Shown: positions 10,501 to 25,200 of the stretch, piece by piece
How positions within the stretch are numbered: position 1 is the stretch's first letter
How the letters are laid out: each line of letters starts with the position of its first letter
Assembly (NCBI RefSeq): GCF_001194135.2
Contig: NC_068987.1
Coordinates: forward strand, 72,478,176 to 72,542,175
DNA length: 64,000 bases
Source of the DNA: Octopus bimaculoides
Taxonomy: Eukaryota
Direction: 5' to 3'
Program-made: the position numbers and the translations under genes
The notes under the pieces: generated by a model
Seen by the model: only the letters and a program-made list of their open reading frames with translations
Told to the model about the DNA's origin: nothing
The model's database searches: none

Positions 10501-13500
10501 AGTTGTCAAGTTGTGGTGGGACACACACACGCATACATAAGCCCAAAGAAGTCGCACGACTCTACTGCAATGTATCATCAGATAAAAGGATGAGCCTATA
10601 TGAGCAGGAGACTGTGCATGGATATGTTACTAGAAAGCTCCAAGATGATAGTAACATCGATCATCAAAGCAGTTTATCATGGACCAGTAGCCAGATGACT
10701 ACCTCTCTCTTTGAAGGGTATGCGTTTGCAATCCAGGAACAGGAAATATCAACCAAGCACCTGATGTGCAAAAGCAGTAAAATGTGACAACCAATGTAGA
10801 CTTTGTGGAATTAACACCAACGATATCACCCACATCATAAGCAGTTGTTCAAAAATGTATTATCTACCAATGAGACATGATGTTGTAGCTAGGACACTCT
10901 ATAATGAAATCTGTTGGAAGGATAACCCAGAGGACAAAGAAATAAAAACCCACAGTATGGTAAAAGCCATAGCCACTCATAATAAAAAGGAATACTGGTG
11001 GAATGTCCCAGTGAAGACCTCAATAAAATGTAAGCACAATAGACCTGACATAATGATTTGGGATAGAGAAGAGAAAATGTGCACAGTTGTGGAAATTAGC
11101 TGCCCAACAGATGAAACTGAAGATTGGTGAAAAAGAGAATATCTACACTGAACTATTAAGAAATCTGCTGTTACTCTATTCAGATTACAAGTTAAAGTTT
11201 ATACCTGTAATTATTGGGGCTCTGGGATATGTAACACACTGCCTAAATGCCAATCTTGAGAAATTAGGCTTCTCAAAACCAGAAAGAAGAAAGCTAATTC
11301 AACGACTACAGATCCAATCCATCACTGGAACTGTAAAAATCTATAAAACTTTCCAGAAGTTAATCATTTAAATATATATGAGTGTGTCTAGATATGAGAA
11401 TACATAGATAAAGCAAAATATACGAATCTGCACATATACATACATACATACAAAAATACCTTCTTGTTGATGTTGAAATTCCAATGAAGGAGCCTTGGAT
11501 CTAGGTTAGAAACTGGCTCTTTCTCTATTGGCAAGAAATCTTGAAATAAAACTGACCAATGACATACATACCTACATATATGTATATATACAATGGGCTT
11601 CTTTCAGTTTCCTTCTACCAAATGCACTCACAAGGCTTTAGTTGGCCCGAGACTATTGAAGAAGACACTTGTCCAAGGTGTCACACTGTGGGATTGAACC
11701 TGGAACGATTTGGTAGGGAAGCAAGCTTCTTACCACACAGCCACACTGTCCTGAGTGCATTGCCTGAGGAGGGTTATGGTTGGAATGTCTTTTGATCATA
11801 GGTCTGCTGAAGCATGGCTGACCTGATGTTGAACAACAACACCAACTTTATTGTATACTCATAACTCTGGTAACATTTCAGTTTGTAAAGACCTTTTGTT
11901 ATATTCCAACCAGTCCAGGTATGGGCTCAATGGAATATCACTATTCAGGCCAGTTCTTATCTGGAGTTATTACCTTCCTCATTGGTTTCAAGGACCACAT
12001 CTTGCTCATACATTTCATATTTGGCGTGGTCTCTATGATTGGATGCTATTTCCTAAACAACACTCGCATTACAGAGTGTATTGAGTACATTTTATCATGG
12101 CACCAGCACTCGTAAAAATATGAAGATAATGCTTAAGTGTTTTAACCCATTAGATTGTTAACTCAATGTTAGAAGACTTCCTGTCCATGTAATATTCTGT
12201 TAAGAGCATATTGGAGTTGTATCCCATATCTTTCTCCAGACCAACAAGAAGTTTTGAACTTAGCACTGCAATCTGATGAAACATTTATACATTAGTACTG
12301 TTTCTTGTAGCCATGGGCTGTACCTCCATATCATACCTACTTATTGCTAGTTTGCTGTTCTTTATCACTAGGTCAAGGTCAGCTCTGATGAACAGGTTTA
12401 TGATTTAATGTGTCCCAGTCATGATTGTCCTGTTTCTTTTTTTATTTTTTATTTTTTATTTTCAGTGATTTATCTTTTACTTGTTTGAGGCATGAGGCTG
12501 TGGCCCTGCTGGGACACTACCTTGAAGAATTTTTAGTTGAATGAAACGACACCAGTACCTAGTATTTTTGCTAAGTCTGTTACTTATTCTATCAGTCCCT
12601 TTTGCCAAACTGCTAAGTTATTGGGATGTAAACACACCAATACTAGTCGTGAAGCAGTGGTAGGAGACAAACACAGACACAAAGATACACACACACACAC
12701 ACACACATGTGTGGTTTGATTTATAGTTAAAACATTTGGTGCAGTTAGAGTTTAATCTTTTATCTAGGTTTGTATATAGCAGAGCATCACGGTAGAATAC
12801 ATTCCAGCTATTAGCTGTTTTTACCAATCTCATCTGGTTGTAACACCTTTGAAAAATATATGAATTCAGTAATATTGTCAAAGTAGTTTTGCTGTTACTT
12901 TCATTTGTGATCTCTATTGAGTAAATATTACTCGGAGTAATGTTGAATGTTAGATACTCCTGATCCATAAAAAATGTAATTAGTAATAGTTGAAAATCAT
13001 CATCATCATTTTAATGTTCCCTTTCTCATACTTGCATGTCTTGAATGGAGTTTATTGTGGGAGATTTTCTATGGTTGGATGCCCTTGTTGTTGCCAACCC
13101 ATACTCGTTTCCAAGCAAGGTAATGTTTCCCCATAGTCAGACATGTTTTTGCAGAATATTGAAAGTGAATAACACTGAGTGTATGTCAGTAACATTCATT
13201 TACAACTATCGTGCAATGTCGAGACAAGGAAACACGCACATATACACACACACACACACATGCACACATATGCAATGAACTTCTTTCAGTTTCTGTCAAC
13301 CAAATCCACTCACAGGGCTTTGGTGGGCCCAGAATTATAGTAGTAGACACTTACTCAAGATGCCACAGTGGGACTGAACTTGAAACCATATGGTTGGGAT
13401 GCAAACTTCTTAACCACATTGCTATAAAAGGTGGTGAATTGATCTGGTTCTGTGTACTTTGGTTTCAAATATCACTAAAGCTAACTTTGCCTTCATCTCT

Positions 13501-16500
13501 TTGGGTGTCAATAAAGTACCAGTAAATTACTGGAGCCAATTTTCCCCCTCATCTCTTTTTTACTCTCTGGATTGACAACCATGAAGTGGCCAAGAAAGAA
13601 GTGTTTGTATTGAGAGCTCTGCTAATCCATTGACCACCACTCTGGGAACATAAGATAAAAAAGAAGAATTACATTTCATAACAGAAATTTCTTGCTTTGA
13701 CACACTACCCAGCACATCATCATCATCATCATTTAACATTTGTCTTTTATGCTGGCATGGATTAGATTGTTTGACAGGAACTGGCAAGCCAGAGGACTAT
13801 ATCAAGCTCCACTATCTGTTTTGGCATGATTTCTGTAGTTGGATACCCTTCCTAACATGAACAACTTATTTTCCAGTATATGACTAGTTTTTATCTTATA
13901 AAATCTGAAGAAATGAAAAAAACAACAAAACATGTTCCACTGGCAGGATTTGAACCAGGAATATGGTGGATCAAAGCTAATTACTGTTAGGCCTTTACTT
14001 TTGCTTTCTACTGTGTCTGCCTTTCCAACACTCCAGTATGTTTAGTAATAACGATTTCCAACATTGATACAAGCCCAGGAATTTATAAGGAAGAGGTATG
14101 ATTATTTGAATTACCCGTGTTACATATTCTCTTGGAAATAGGTGAAGGTTGCCAACAGAAAGGGTATCCAACCATAGAAAATCTGCTTCAACAAATTCCG
14201 TCTTTATAAAGACTGGTAAAGTAGACGTTAATGATGATGATGCTCCATGTGAACAACCTACATGTGCACCAGTAGTAAATATCAAGATCTGAATATACAA
14301 GTATGAAATTTAGGATAATTTTCTGCACTGCCTTTGTCATAGTTTCATAGTCATACAACCTTAGCAATCAATGTCAGTTATTCTTCCATAACCAACACCC
14401 TCATATTCATTTATACCTTCTTCATAAATTTGCGTACATCTCCCATCATCTTTACTATTATCATAACTATTAATATCATTCTAATTATTACTGACTCCAT
14501 TATATACACATCACCAACATTATCAACAGAGTCAACCAACAGTAAATCAACCATAGAAATAATACCTCATCTTACAAGACTAATACATTAAAGATAGTAA
14601 TATCAATAGTATCATCTTAGTAATATTAATAGTATATCTTAAGGTGGTAACCTGACAGAAATGTTGCATGCTGCGCAAAATGCTTAGCAGCATTTTGTCC
14701 GTCTTTACACTCTTAAGTTCAAATTCTGCCAAGGTGGACTTTACCTTTCATCTTTTTGGGATCAATAAATTAAGTACCAGACAAATACTGAGGTCAATAT
14801 AATCGACTTACTTACCTTCCTCCCCCAAAATTACTGGTCTTGTGCCAAAATTTGAAACCAATATTATTATTATTATTAGTATTGCAATCATTATTGTGAG
14901 GATTCATTTTATTACCGTTATTGAGGTGGCAAGTTGGCAGAATCATTAGCGTGCTGGGTAAAATGCTTAGTGGCATTTTGTCTGTTGTTTGGTCTGAATT
15001 CACATGCTACTTGGGGTCATCTTTGCCTTTTATCCTTTCGGAGTCAATAATATAAGTACCAGTTGAACACTGGGGTCAATGTAATCGACTCATCCCCTCC
15101 CTCAAAATTGCTGCCCTTGTGGCAAAATTTGAAACCATTATCATTATTATCATGGAGTGAGTGAGAGTGCAGCACTTGCCATCAAAGTGACACTAGGGTA
15201 CAAATATACGAAGCCCAATATATCCACCTTGACTACTTGCCTGATAAGGGTACATCAGACATACAAGCATCACAACCACATGTGCGCAACGTGGTGATCT
15301 CATTAAGATAAACAGCCCCTGACCTTGCAGTTGGGGGCCCAGTTAGAATTTTCTTCTGGTCAAGTAGCCCATCCTGCTCAAAAGGTCCCTGAATAAGGGT
15401 TGTTCAAGGATGTTGAACGAAACACCCATGTTTCCAGAGGTGAATTATTCAAACCTCAAAGAATTCCTTTCAACACATGGCTATGATACTCCTCCACTAC
15501 TTAGGCTCATGATCAGGGATGCCCATATTGTCAGCCAGCAAGGGACATGCTCAACTTAAAGTCAAGCAACTGACAAGCAAATCTGTAGTATTGAGCAGAA
15601 TATTTTCTGTAGCCCATCTTTTGTACCAAGACAAAACATGTACATGATAACTCTTACATCAGGGCAGTTATTATTATTATTATTATTTAGCTGTCTTATT
15701 TTCATTGTGTGTTTTCACTACTCTACTAAGTGCAGTACTGTGTGTCTTAGGTTGTGCAGTGTTTTGTTTTGGTTATGTTAATTTTATTGTATTGAAAGTA
15801 CTCTACATAATGTGTGCAGTGCTTAGTGATACTGTTTTCTGTATATTATACATATTTGCAAGTCCTGTGGTTTTGTCTATTTATTAATCTGCATGCTTTT
15901 TTTGATTATTCCCAAAGCCCCTATTATTATAGGGATTATTTCTGTTTTCAGGCTCTCTTAGATCTTTCTACTTAGATAATTTTTCCATATCTTTTAGAGA
16001 TACATTATCATCCTTTGAAACTGATATATTAGTGAGGAGGTATTTCTTTTCCTGCTGGGTCTTGACAACAATAACTGTTCAGTTAGCCTTAATTTTCCTG
16101 TCTGTTTGTATTGGTGTATCCCAGAATATGGTTGCTTTGCCATTCGCAGAGAATTTTCTGGTGTATTTCTCTATCACCTTTTTCTGTTCACTAGTGAACT
16201 TCTTAAACATATAGACATTCCTATGCTTAATTTCATTCACTTATCTAATATTGAACATAGCTATAATATTGTAGTAACGCTGTGCGCATGCGTAGTCTCA
16301 CGCATGCGTAGAATTAAACAACCAAGCGTTCCCGCTCAATTCATTCTCTTTCTTGCTGGCCAGCAATAGAGCATGGACGTGTCAAGAAGTGTCTCCAACA
16401 CCCAACTCTGGAGACAGTCTCTTTACGTGTATAGCTGTCACTCTCCATCTTTCGGACTTACACTCGACAGCTCGCTTACACCTACATAACAACGTCCCAG

Positions 16501-19065
16501 CAACTATGCTCACACAATCAGAAGCTGTAACAACAAGAGCTAAAGATGTATATATTTACCACCTGAATAAATGTTGTATAAGTTGATAGTCTGGAGTTCA
16601 GCGTTCCGTTATATTTTTTAATTTTATATAGGAAAGTCAGGTATACATCTAATGATGTATAACCAACTTTCCTATACTGAGTTGGGTGTTGGAGACACTT
16701 CTTGACACATCCATGCTCTATTGCTGGCCAGCAAGAAAGAGAATGAATTGAGCGGGAACGCTTGGTTGTTTAATTCTACGCATGCATGAGGCTACGCATG
16801 CACACGGCGTTACTACAGGGCTCCCTTGCCAGTGCGAGAAACGCACGATAATATTANNNNNNNNNNNNNNNNNNNNNNNNNNNNNNNNNNNNNNNNNNNN
16901 NNNNNNNNNNNNNNNNNNNNNNNNNNNNNNNNNNNNNNNNNNNNNNNNNNNNNNNNNNNNNNNNNNNNNNNNNNNNNNNNNNNNNNNNNNNNNNNNNNNN
17001 NNNNNNNNNNNNNNNNNNNNNNNNNNNNNNNNNNNNNNNNNNNNNNNNNNNNNNNNNNNNNNNNNNNNNNNNNNNNNNNNNNNNNNNNNNNNNNNNNNNN
17101 NNNNNNNNNNNNNNNNNNNNNNNNNNNNNNNNNNNNNNNNNNNNNNNNNNNNNNNNNNNNNNNNNNNNNNNNNNNNNNNNNNNNNNNNNNNNNNNNNNNN
17201 NNNNNNNNNNNNNNNNNNNNNNNNNNNNNNNNNNNNNNNNNNNNNNNNNNNNNNNNNNNNNNNNNNNNNNNNNNNNNNNNNNNNNNNNNNNNNNNNNNNN
17301 NNNNNNNNNNNNNNNNNNNNNNNNNNNNNNNNNNNNNNNNNNNNNNNNNNNNNNNNNNNNNNNNNNNNNNNNNNNNNNNNNNNNNNNNNNNNNNNNNNNN
17401 NNNNNNNNNNNNNNNNNNNNNNNNNNNNNNNNNNNNNNNNNNNNNNNNNNNNNNNNNNNNNNNNNNNNNNNNNNNNNNNNNNNNNNNNNNNNNNNNNNNN
17501 NNNNNNNNNNNNNNNNNNNNNNNNNNNNNNNNNNNNNNNNNNNNNNNNNNNNNNNNNNNNNNNNNNNNNNNNNNNNNNNNNNNNNNNNNNNNNNNNNNNN
17601 NNNNNNNNNNNNNNNNNNNNNNNNNNNNNNNNNNNNNNNNNNNNNNNNNNNNNNNCCACGCATGCGTGGGTTTTCAACATCGAAGCGTTCCCGCTATTAG
17701 ACTGTCTCTTTACCAAGCCAGACAGCGACCAAGCAAGACGTCTAAGCAGGCTCTCCCATTTGAGTGTGGTTGAACCAAGTTGTCTCTACAATGACACCAG
17801 CTCGAGGAACCGTATATCTACATTTCAGGCTACTCTAAAACCGGACGATTGGTAGCTGTTTTATTTTCCACCGTACAATAAATATTTGTTGTTGTTGATC
17901 AGTTTGGAGTTTCTGCGTTCAGTTCTCTTCCAATTTAATATAGGAAAGTTAGGTGTATATCTAAAGATATATAACCCACTCTCCTAAAATATCATGTTCA
18001 AAAATAAGAAAATGAAATTAAAGAATATATTACACACTGTAAAGGGGTTGGTGTTAGGAAGGGCATCCAGCCAAAGAAACCATGCCAAACTTGATGCAGT
18101 CATCTGACTTGCCAACTCCTGTCAACCATCCAACCCATGCCAGCATGAAAAACAGGCATTAAATGATGATGATGATTGATCATGATTTAATGCCAATCAT
18201 AGATGCTATATGAAATTAAATGTATTGGCCTGACATACTGTTCACAGAGGTGCTTATTTTGTTCTATTAATTTGTAATTTATTGCTGAAAAAAATAAATA
18301 TATATCAGTGTGTAAGTCAATAAGTATTAACTGTAATATTACTTAATACTTATCACTCATAACTATCCTAGTAGTTGCTAGTGACCTTCTAAGTAGATTT
18401 TTGTGAATTTGGCTTTAAAATTTGCACCTGATTATGACCTAAGGCTGAAATGGTCATTATACAAATTTTAAAATGATATATATAATCATTTAATGTCTGT
18501 TTACCATGCTTAGATGGTTTAACAGGATCCACTGAGCTGCAATGCAGTCGCATTGTCAGCTTTGGCATGGTTTCTATGGCTAGGTGTCCATTTTAATACC
18601 AATAACTTTACAGTGTATACAGTGTTTTTTGTTTTTTTCTTTTGGTGACACCAGCACTAATAATGTTGCCAAATAGCTTGCAAGACAAAGTAAAAAAAGT
18701 AAAATGAAAAGATGTGGACAACCCTCACCCCTTCTGAAAGTTTTTGGTATTGATTCGCTTTTGAAAATTTTTCAAGACTTATGTTTTAAAGATCTGAGAT
18801 AATGATTCTTAAAAAAAATGTGTAACATAAATCTGAAAACATATTTTTCAAAAAATAATGTTAAATCTGAAAAATTCTTGGAAGAGAGGTGGGACAGTCC
18901 TCCTCCCTGATCCAAAGTTTTTCTTTTGTTTTAAGCACCTAGAATACTTAAAGCATACACAGTTGAAGAAATTGCAATTTTTGGTATTCTAGATAATTTC
19001 CAACTCTATTATTTAGGAATGCCTCTGTGTGTGAGAGTGTATACACATGTATGTATATATATATA

Positions 19066-19098
<33 letters not shown>

Positions 19099-22000
19099 GT
19101 AAGTATGTATATATAAGCTTTTACACAATTTCAATTCATGAAATTTCAAAATTCCAATCCCAAGACATTGTATAGTAAGGTCAAACCAACCTAGAACCAT
19201 GTAATTTCCAAATGAACTTTATGGTCACAGTGATAGATTTGACACTCTACAACAATAAGCCAACAAAGATACCTCTACGTAGTCACTCAATCTTCTAGAA
19301 ATAGCATCCCAAATCTCCCTCAGATTTCACCCTAACATCTTCAGTAAAATGTATATGGCCCTGGATTCCCGGTAGATAAGAAAACGACATGATGATCACA
19401 GCTAGAACGCCTTTGGTCATAGATCTAACTGATCAGGGTTGACCTAATGCTAAATAGCAACCAAATGCCCTCGAATCATACCTTACTGTCATAAAGTAAA
19501 TAGAAAGGACACTTTGGACAATATAGTCAAAGTTTACAAAAATATGAGCGGTCAAAGGTGGATCATTTTTCTGCTTAATCAGGGCTAATGATAACAGTAA
19601 CAATACTTTATCCACTGGTCCTTACTTAACTTCATCATCTTCATCATTTTTTTATGTCCAGCTGCAAGAACTCAGATTATTTATCCTTTTAGTTATGTTG
19701 ATGCCAATTTTTTGTCATTCCTGTGTAAAGAACTTGAAGTTTAAGATTGTTTCCTTCATATCTGTTGTGATTGTGTGTTATAATAACAAATTAACAAATT
19801 ACCTGAGAAATTTTATAATACCTTTGTGGTCAGATGCTATGACATGGCTGTGTTAAATTTGTCTGAAATCTGTAACTCTTTCATTAGCACCTTAGCATTC
19901 AGATTACCCTGTCAAATGTAATGCTTATTTATTCACATTGTTTTGAATTAATCAAGCAGTATCTCATAGTTTCAAGATTTCAATGATGTGATTGTTTTTT
20001 TTTTTTTTTAGAATGACATTGTTGGGTAGGTGTAAGAGACCATATCTGGCCATTTCAAACTTAAAACAGGTGGAATATTTTCGGCTGGATATGGCCAGTT
20101 TACATGCAAAGGGGTTAAGATGTCAATAGTTCTATGTTGAAATGGTGAAGCCACATTTACATCCTCTGTAAACATTATGTCCTGTATTTCTGAATTTTAG
20201 TGGAATAAAAAACCAAAAACTAAAAAAACTTCTTATTTGAGAAACCATACAACATAGTCTGGTAAACAATAAACATAAAACAGTAAATGAACAATTGTAA
20301 ATGAAGTAATTTACATTGTTGAGCTTTTAAAATTTTCAGTATTAGATATATATATAAAAAGGTGAAAGCACCATTTTTCCAAAATTAACAGAAATACATT
20401 TTCTCCCTTTTATTCTAGGTGCTGGCAAACCACCAATGTTTGGTGACTTTGAAGCTCAGAGACATTGGATGGAAATCACCTATAATCTTCCAGTTAAAAA
20501 ATGGTAAGTAAATAGAAGAAATATTTCACTTACTCTAATTGTTATCACCATTATTCCCATCATTTTCTTATTAATGTGGGTTGTATTGGTTTATTTAGCT
20601 AAATTTGTTGTCAAAAGCTCCAGAGTGTAAAGAGCTATCACATTGGAGACCCAAATTTAGAAGAAAGAAAAATTTATATAAACAAATAACATCAACACTA
20701 CCAATAATAATGATAAATTTCTTTCTATCTCATTTTGCTTTTCTGTTTTTCATTTCGAATGTTACTATATTTACATCTTATGTGTGTGCGCGCACACACA
20801 CACACATGGCTGGTGTTAAGTAGGGCACCCAGCCATAGAAACCATACCAATGTCGACATTGAAGCTCAATACAGCCCTGCAGCTCATCAGAACCTGTCAA
20901 AGCAGCCAACTAATACCAACATGGAAAACTAATGTTGAATACTAACCATGATGACATATATGACATTGATATGGGTGGGTAGTTAAAAAGTTTGCTTTGC
21001 AACCTTGTGGGTTGGGGTCCAGTTCCACTGCATCACACTTTGGGCAAGTATCTTCTACTACAGCTCCAGGGCAACCAAATCCTTGAGTGGATCCAGTGGA
21101 CAGAAACAGAAAGAAGCTTATCATATATGTGTATGTCTCTTCTTGACATTGTGTGCTAGTTGGAAATGAATGTCACCATTTTACATGCAACATTGTTCAT
21201 TTGCAATCTTCTGTGAATACATGTCTGACTATCATTGATGTGTTCTTGTTTAAACAACTAAGGGAAATATTACCTCACTTGGAAATGGGTGAAAGCTGGA
21301 GACAGGATGAGAAGCTAGCAGTAAAAAATCTACCTTCATAAATTTCATTTGATCCATGCAGGCATGGAAAAGTGGAGACTATATAGATGCTACCTTGGCA
21401 TGTGCTCTACAAGGGAGATTACTTTAGGTTACTTTTTAGTTTATTTTTCAATTTCTAAAATCTGTAAGATGCTGGCTAAAGATTTTTACAATGTAATCAC
21501 TGACAAGATGAAAGCAGTTGCATTTTTAGAAAAAACCAGCACTAAATTCACATAATTTCTTAAGAGAAAGAAAGGTGTCACTTTGGCATGTGATCTACAG
21601 TTTCAAGGGAGATTACTTTAGGTTACTTTCTTGTCTACTTTGTGTTAGTGCTGTATTCTATGTGATCTACGTGAGCAAATTTACTTTGGTAGATGATCTA
21701 TGTACTTATTTTAATTGTTGTATGGTTTTCTTATTAGAATAGTAAGAATTTTGAAAAAATACATTTACAATGCTAAATATATACAAAATAATTTAAAAAG
21801 TAACCTAAAGTAATCTCCCTTGTAGATCACACACCAAAGTAGCACCAACTATATGTGTGTGTGTGTGTGTAGATTTACAATAAGTATCACATCAATGTTA
21901 TAATACTTAATTCATTAACATTTTTAGCACATTAAATTAATTAGCCTTGTTTTTGATATTTTCAGTGTCATTAATCATAATACTTTTATCATAACACATA

Positions 22001-22161
22001 CATTACTCATTTACTTTCATCAAAAAAATTGGAAGTTATGATAAAAGTATTATTATGAATAATGAGGCTAACTAATTTAATGTGCTAATAATTTTAACGA
22101 ATTAAGTATTATAACATTGATGTGATACTTACTGTATGCCTACTTTTGCATCCTCTGTATG

Positions 22162-22209
<48 letters not shown>

Positions 22210-25200
22210 CCAAAACTACGATATAGAGCGACCAGCTTACATATAATATATTAAATTATGAATATCAATATAATCGACTAACCCTCTCGCTCAATAAAAA
22301 TTCTGAATAAAATGCGATTATATATTGATGTTATTTATTTGTAGGTACCATAACTCCACTGATAATGATCTCATGTATTGGGGCCTTGATTATCCCCCCT
22401 TAACAGCTTACCACAGCTGGATTATGGGGGCAATGTAAGTTGATATTTTTTTTTTTTTCTTTCTGACTTCTTTTGTGTCTTATTGTCTTACCGTCCGAAA
22501 TATTTTTTCATATGACTAGTTTTTTTTCTCTTATTTTTTAAACCTCATTCGTAAGAATCATACAATTTTTGTTTTGAATTCTCAGTTTTCACTCTTTTCT
22601 GAAGTTTTAATGTTAGAAAACTTGTTTAATGTATTGTTACTATACATGGACAAACCAGCTTGAATGAGGCCTTATATGGTCATTCTACCTCCTGCAAATA
22701 ACGGGTCAATCTTCCTCAAACTACACCATACCATTTCAAAAAGCAGAAGGACGCTGTGGATAATGTAGTTCTAGATATTCTGGATGACTGCAGTTGAAAT
22801 AAGCTTTAGTCATAAGCTGTGTTGTTTAAGATTGATGTAGAGCTAAACAATTATGATTGGATCCTGTAATGAAGTATTGATATCACCCACTACATTCTTG
22901 GAGCAGTTGGTATTAAGAAGGGCATCCAGTTGTAAAAACTTTGCAGGATCAGATTGGAGACTGTTGCAGCCTTCTGGCTTGCTAGCCCTCAGTCAAACCG
23001 TCCAACCCATGTCAGCATGGAAAGCAGACGTTAAACAATCATGCTGATGATGATGATATATCCAGTAATATTACACAACATAGGATACCACAATTTGTGC
23101 CATATCATACTATACTAAACCTGTATTTTCAAACTGTGAAATCTTGGTCACATTCACAAATATATTGGGAGTAGTTCCTTGCAAGGTACAATGGAATTCT
23201 AATAGGAGATCTTTTAGATTTTTTTCTTGTTTAGTATCTTAACTTCTATTTCTTTTATGTCTTCAAAAAGCATCATCAAAACATGTGAAGGCACTGGAGA
23301 TAAAAGTAAACTTAGATTGATGCCATTTCAATTGATTATTATTGAATTAACTGATATGTCCTACTTGTATAATTAACATACCAAAATTGCATACATGTGC
23401 GTGTGGATTTACATCTTCCAATTTTCGTTGTAGTTCACATTACATTAACCCTGACTGGGTTGCTCTCCATTCTTCTCGAGGTCTTGAAAATCCACTTCAC
23501 AAGTTATTTATGCGATATTCAGGTAATTCTGATTTGACATTTTATAAATTTAATGACTGTGTGTGTGTGTGTGTATTACTTTTGAAACTGAAAACACTTT
23601 AGTAGTTACTCTAGCACTCTAATTTTGTGTATAACACTGGTAAAACTGTTTGAGAAGTAATATACATGAAACTCAAATACTTGAGTAATTATGTAAGTAT
23701 GTTCAGCACTTTAAAAAAATACATTTTTGTGCTTTAAGATGAAATGGTGGGAATGCTACATCAAAAGGATCAAAGGTCCTTCCTAAGCCATAGGCTTATA
23801 AAGATGGTTTCTTGGATTCCGTAACCTCTCTTTCTGCCCCACTGGATGGGACACCAGTCTGTTGCAGAATTACTCACTTCTATCAGCTGAGTGGACTTGA
23901 GCAATGTGAAATGAAGTGTTTCCGTCAAGAACACAATGTAACGTCCAGCCCAGGAATTGAAACCGCAATCTTACAATTATGGGTGCAAACCTCTAACCAC
24001 TTAGCCATGCTCCTCCACACTTAGCCATGCCCTTCCACACACACAGACACAGATATATATACATTCAATGGAGATCAATAAAAAAAATACGAAACAGAAA
24101 TAAACTTTAGGCTTAGTGTGGTTAACTAAAATCCTTGAAAGAGATGCCCCAGTATGGCCACAGTTCAATAGCTGATACTAGTCATCAAATATGAGATTTT
24201 ATTACTCTCTCTGCTCAGGTTACTATGTACCTTCTCTACAACAACACACTTGTTTCTGTCTCTCTGTTTCACTATAACTTTTCATCATCTGATACAAGAT
24301 CACCTCCTCCAATGCCCTCTCCCCTCTCAAAGGATCTTTGTTTTGCAAGTTACTTGGTGACCCTGTCAGTGCTGGTGCCACTTAAAAAGCATCATGTCCG
24401 CATTGTAAAGTGGTTAGCATTTGGAAGGGCATCTGGCTGTAAAAACTATGTCAAAACTGACCTCACATGTGCTTGTACCACGTAAAAAGCACTCAGTCCA
24501 CTCTGCTAGGTGGTTGCTGTAACAAAGGGCATCCATCCATAAAAATCCTGGCCAGCTCCTGTCAAACCATCCAACCCATGTCGGCATGGAAACCAGACAT
24601 TAAATGATGATGATGATGATATTACATTGTTTTCACTTCTCATATAAATACACGTTGATTACACTGTGATGTAAACTCTGACAAGTCTCTTGACTGTTTT
24701 ACATACATTGCTAATGAATGGTCAAACAAATATTTGGTTCAGTACTTGTGTAAGAAATCTTTGCTGCTGTTGTTGTTGGTGTTCATGTAGTTCTAAGACA
24801 GCAACCTAACAGAATCATTAGCATACTGGGCAAAATGCTTAGCAGCATTTCATCCAATTTTACATTCTGAGTTCAAATGCCACTAAGGTCAGCTTTGCCT
24901 TTTACTGTTTCAGGGTCACTAAAATACTAGTTGAGTAGTGGGGTTGATTTAATTCACTTAGTCCTTCTCTCCAAACTGCTGGCCTTGTGCCAAAATTTGA
25001 AATTATTATTATTAATTGTACCAGTGGAACATTAAAAGCACATCCAAGCATGATCGTTGCCAGGACTACGGATTGGCTCCTGTGCCTGTTGCACGTAAAA
25101 TGACCATTCGAGCATGATCGTTGCCAGCGTCGCCTTACCGGCACATGTGCTGGTGACACGTGAAAATCATTTGAGCATGGTTGTTGCCAGAACAGCCTGA

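Noticed and set aside
16718-17855. Long ORFs of 270-456 aa here and at 28880-30331, 35905-36283 and 58975-59694
   Set aside because: They are open only because they run through N gaps.
25047-25190. Repeat-spacer-like pattern resembling CRISPR
   Set aside because: The 'spacers' are homologous to each other. These are tandem modules of an RTE 3' UTR in a eukaryote, with no cas genes.
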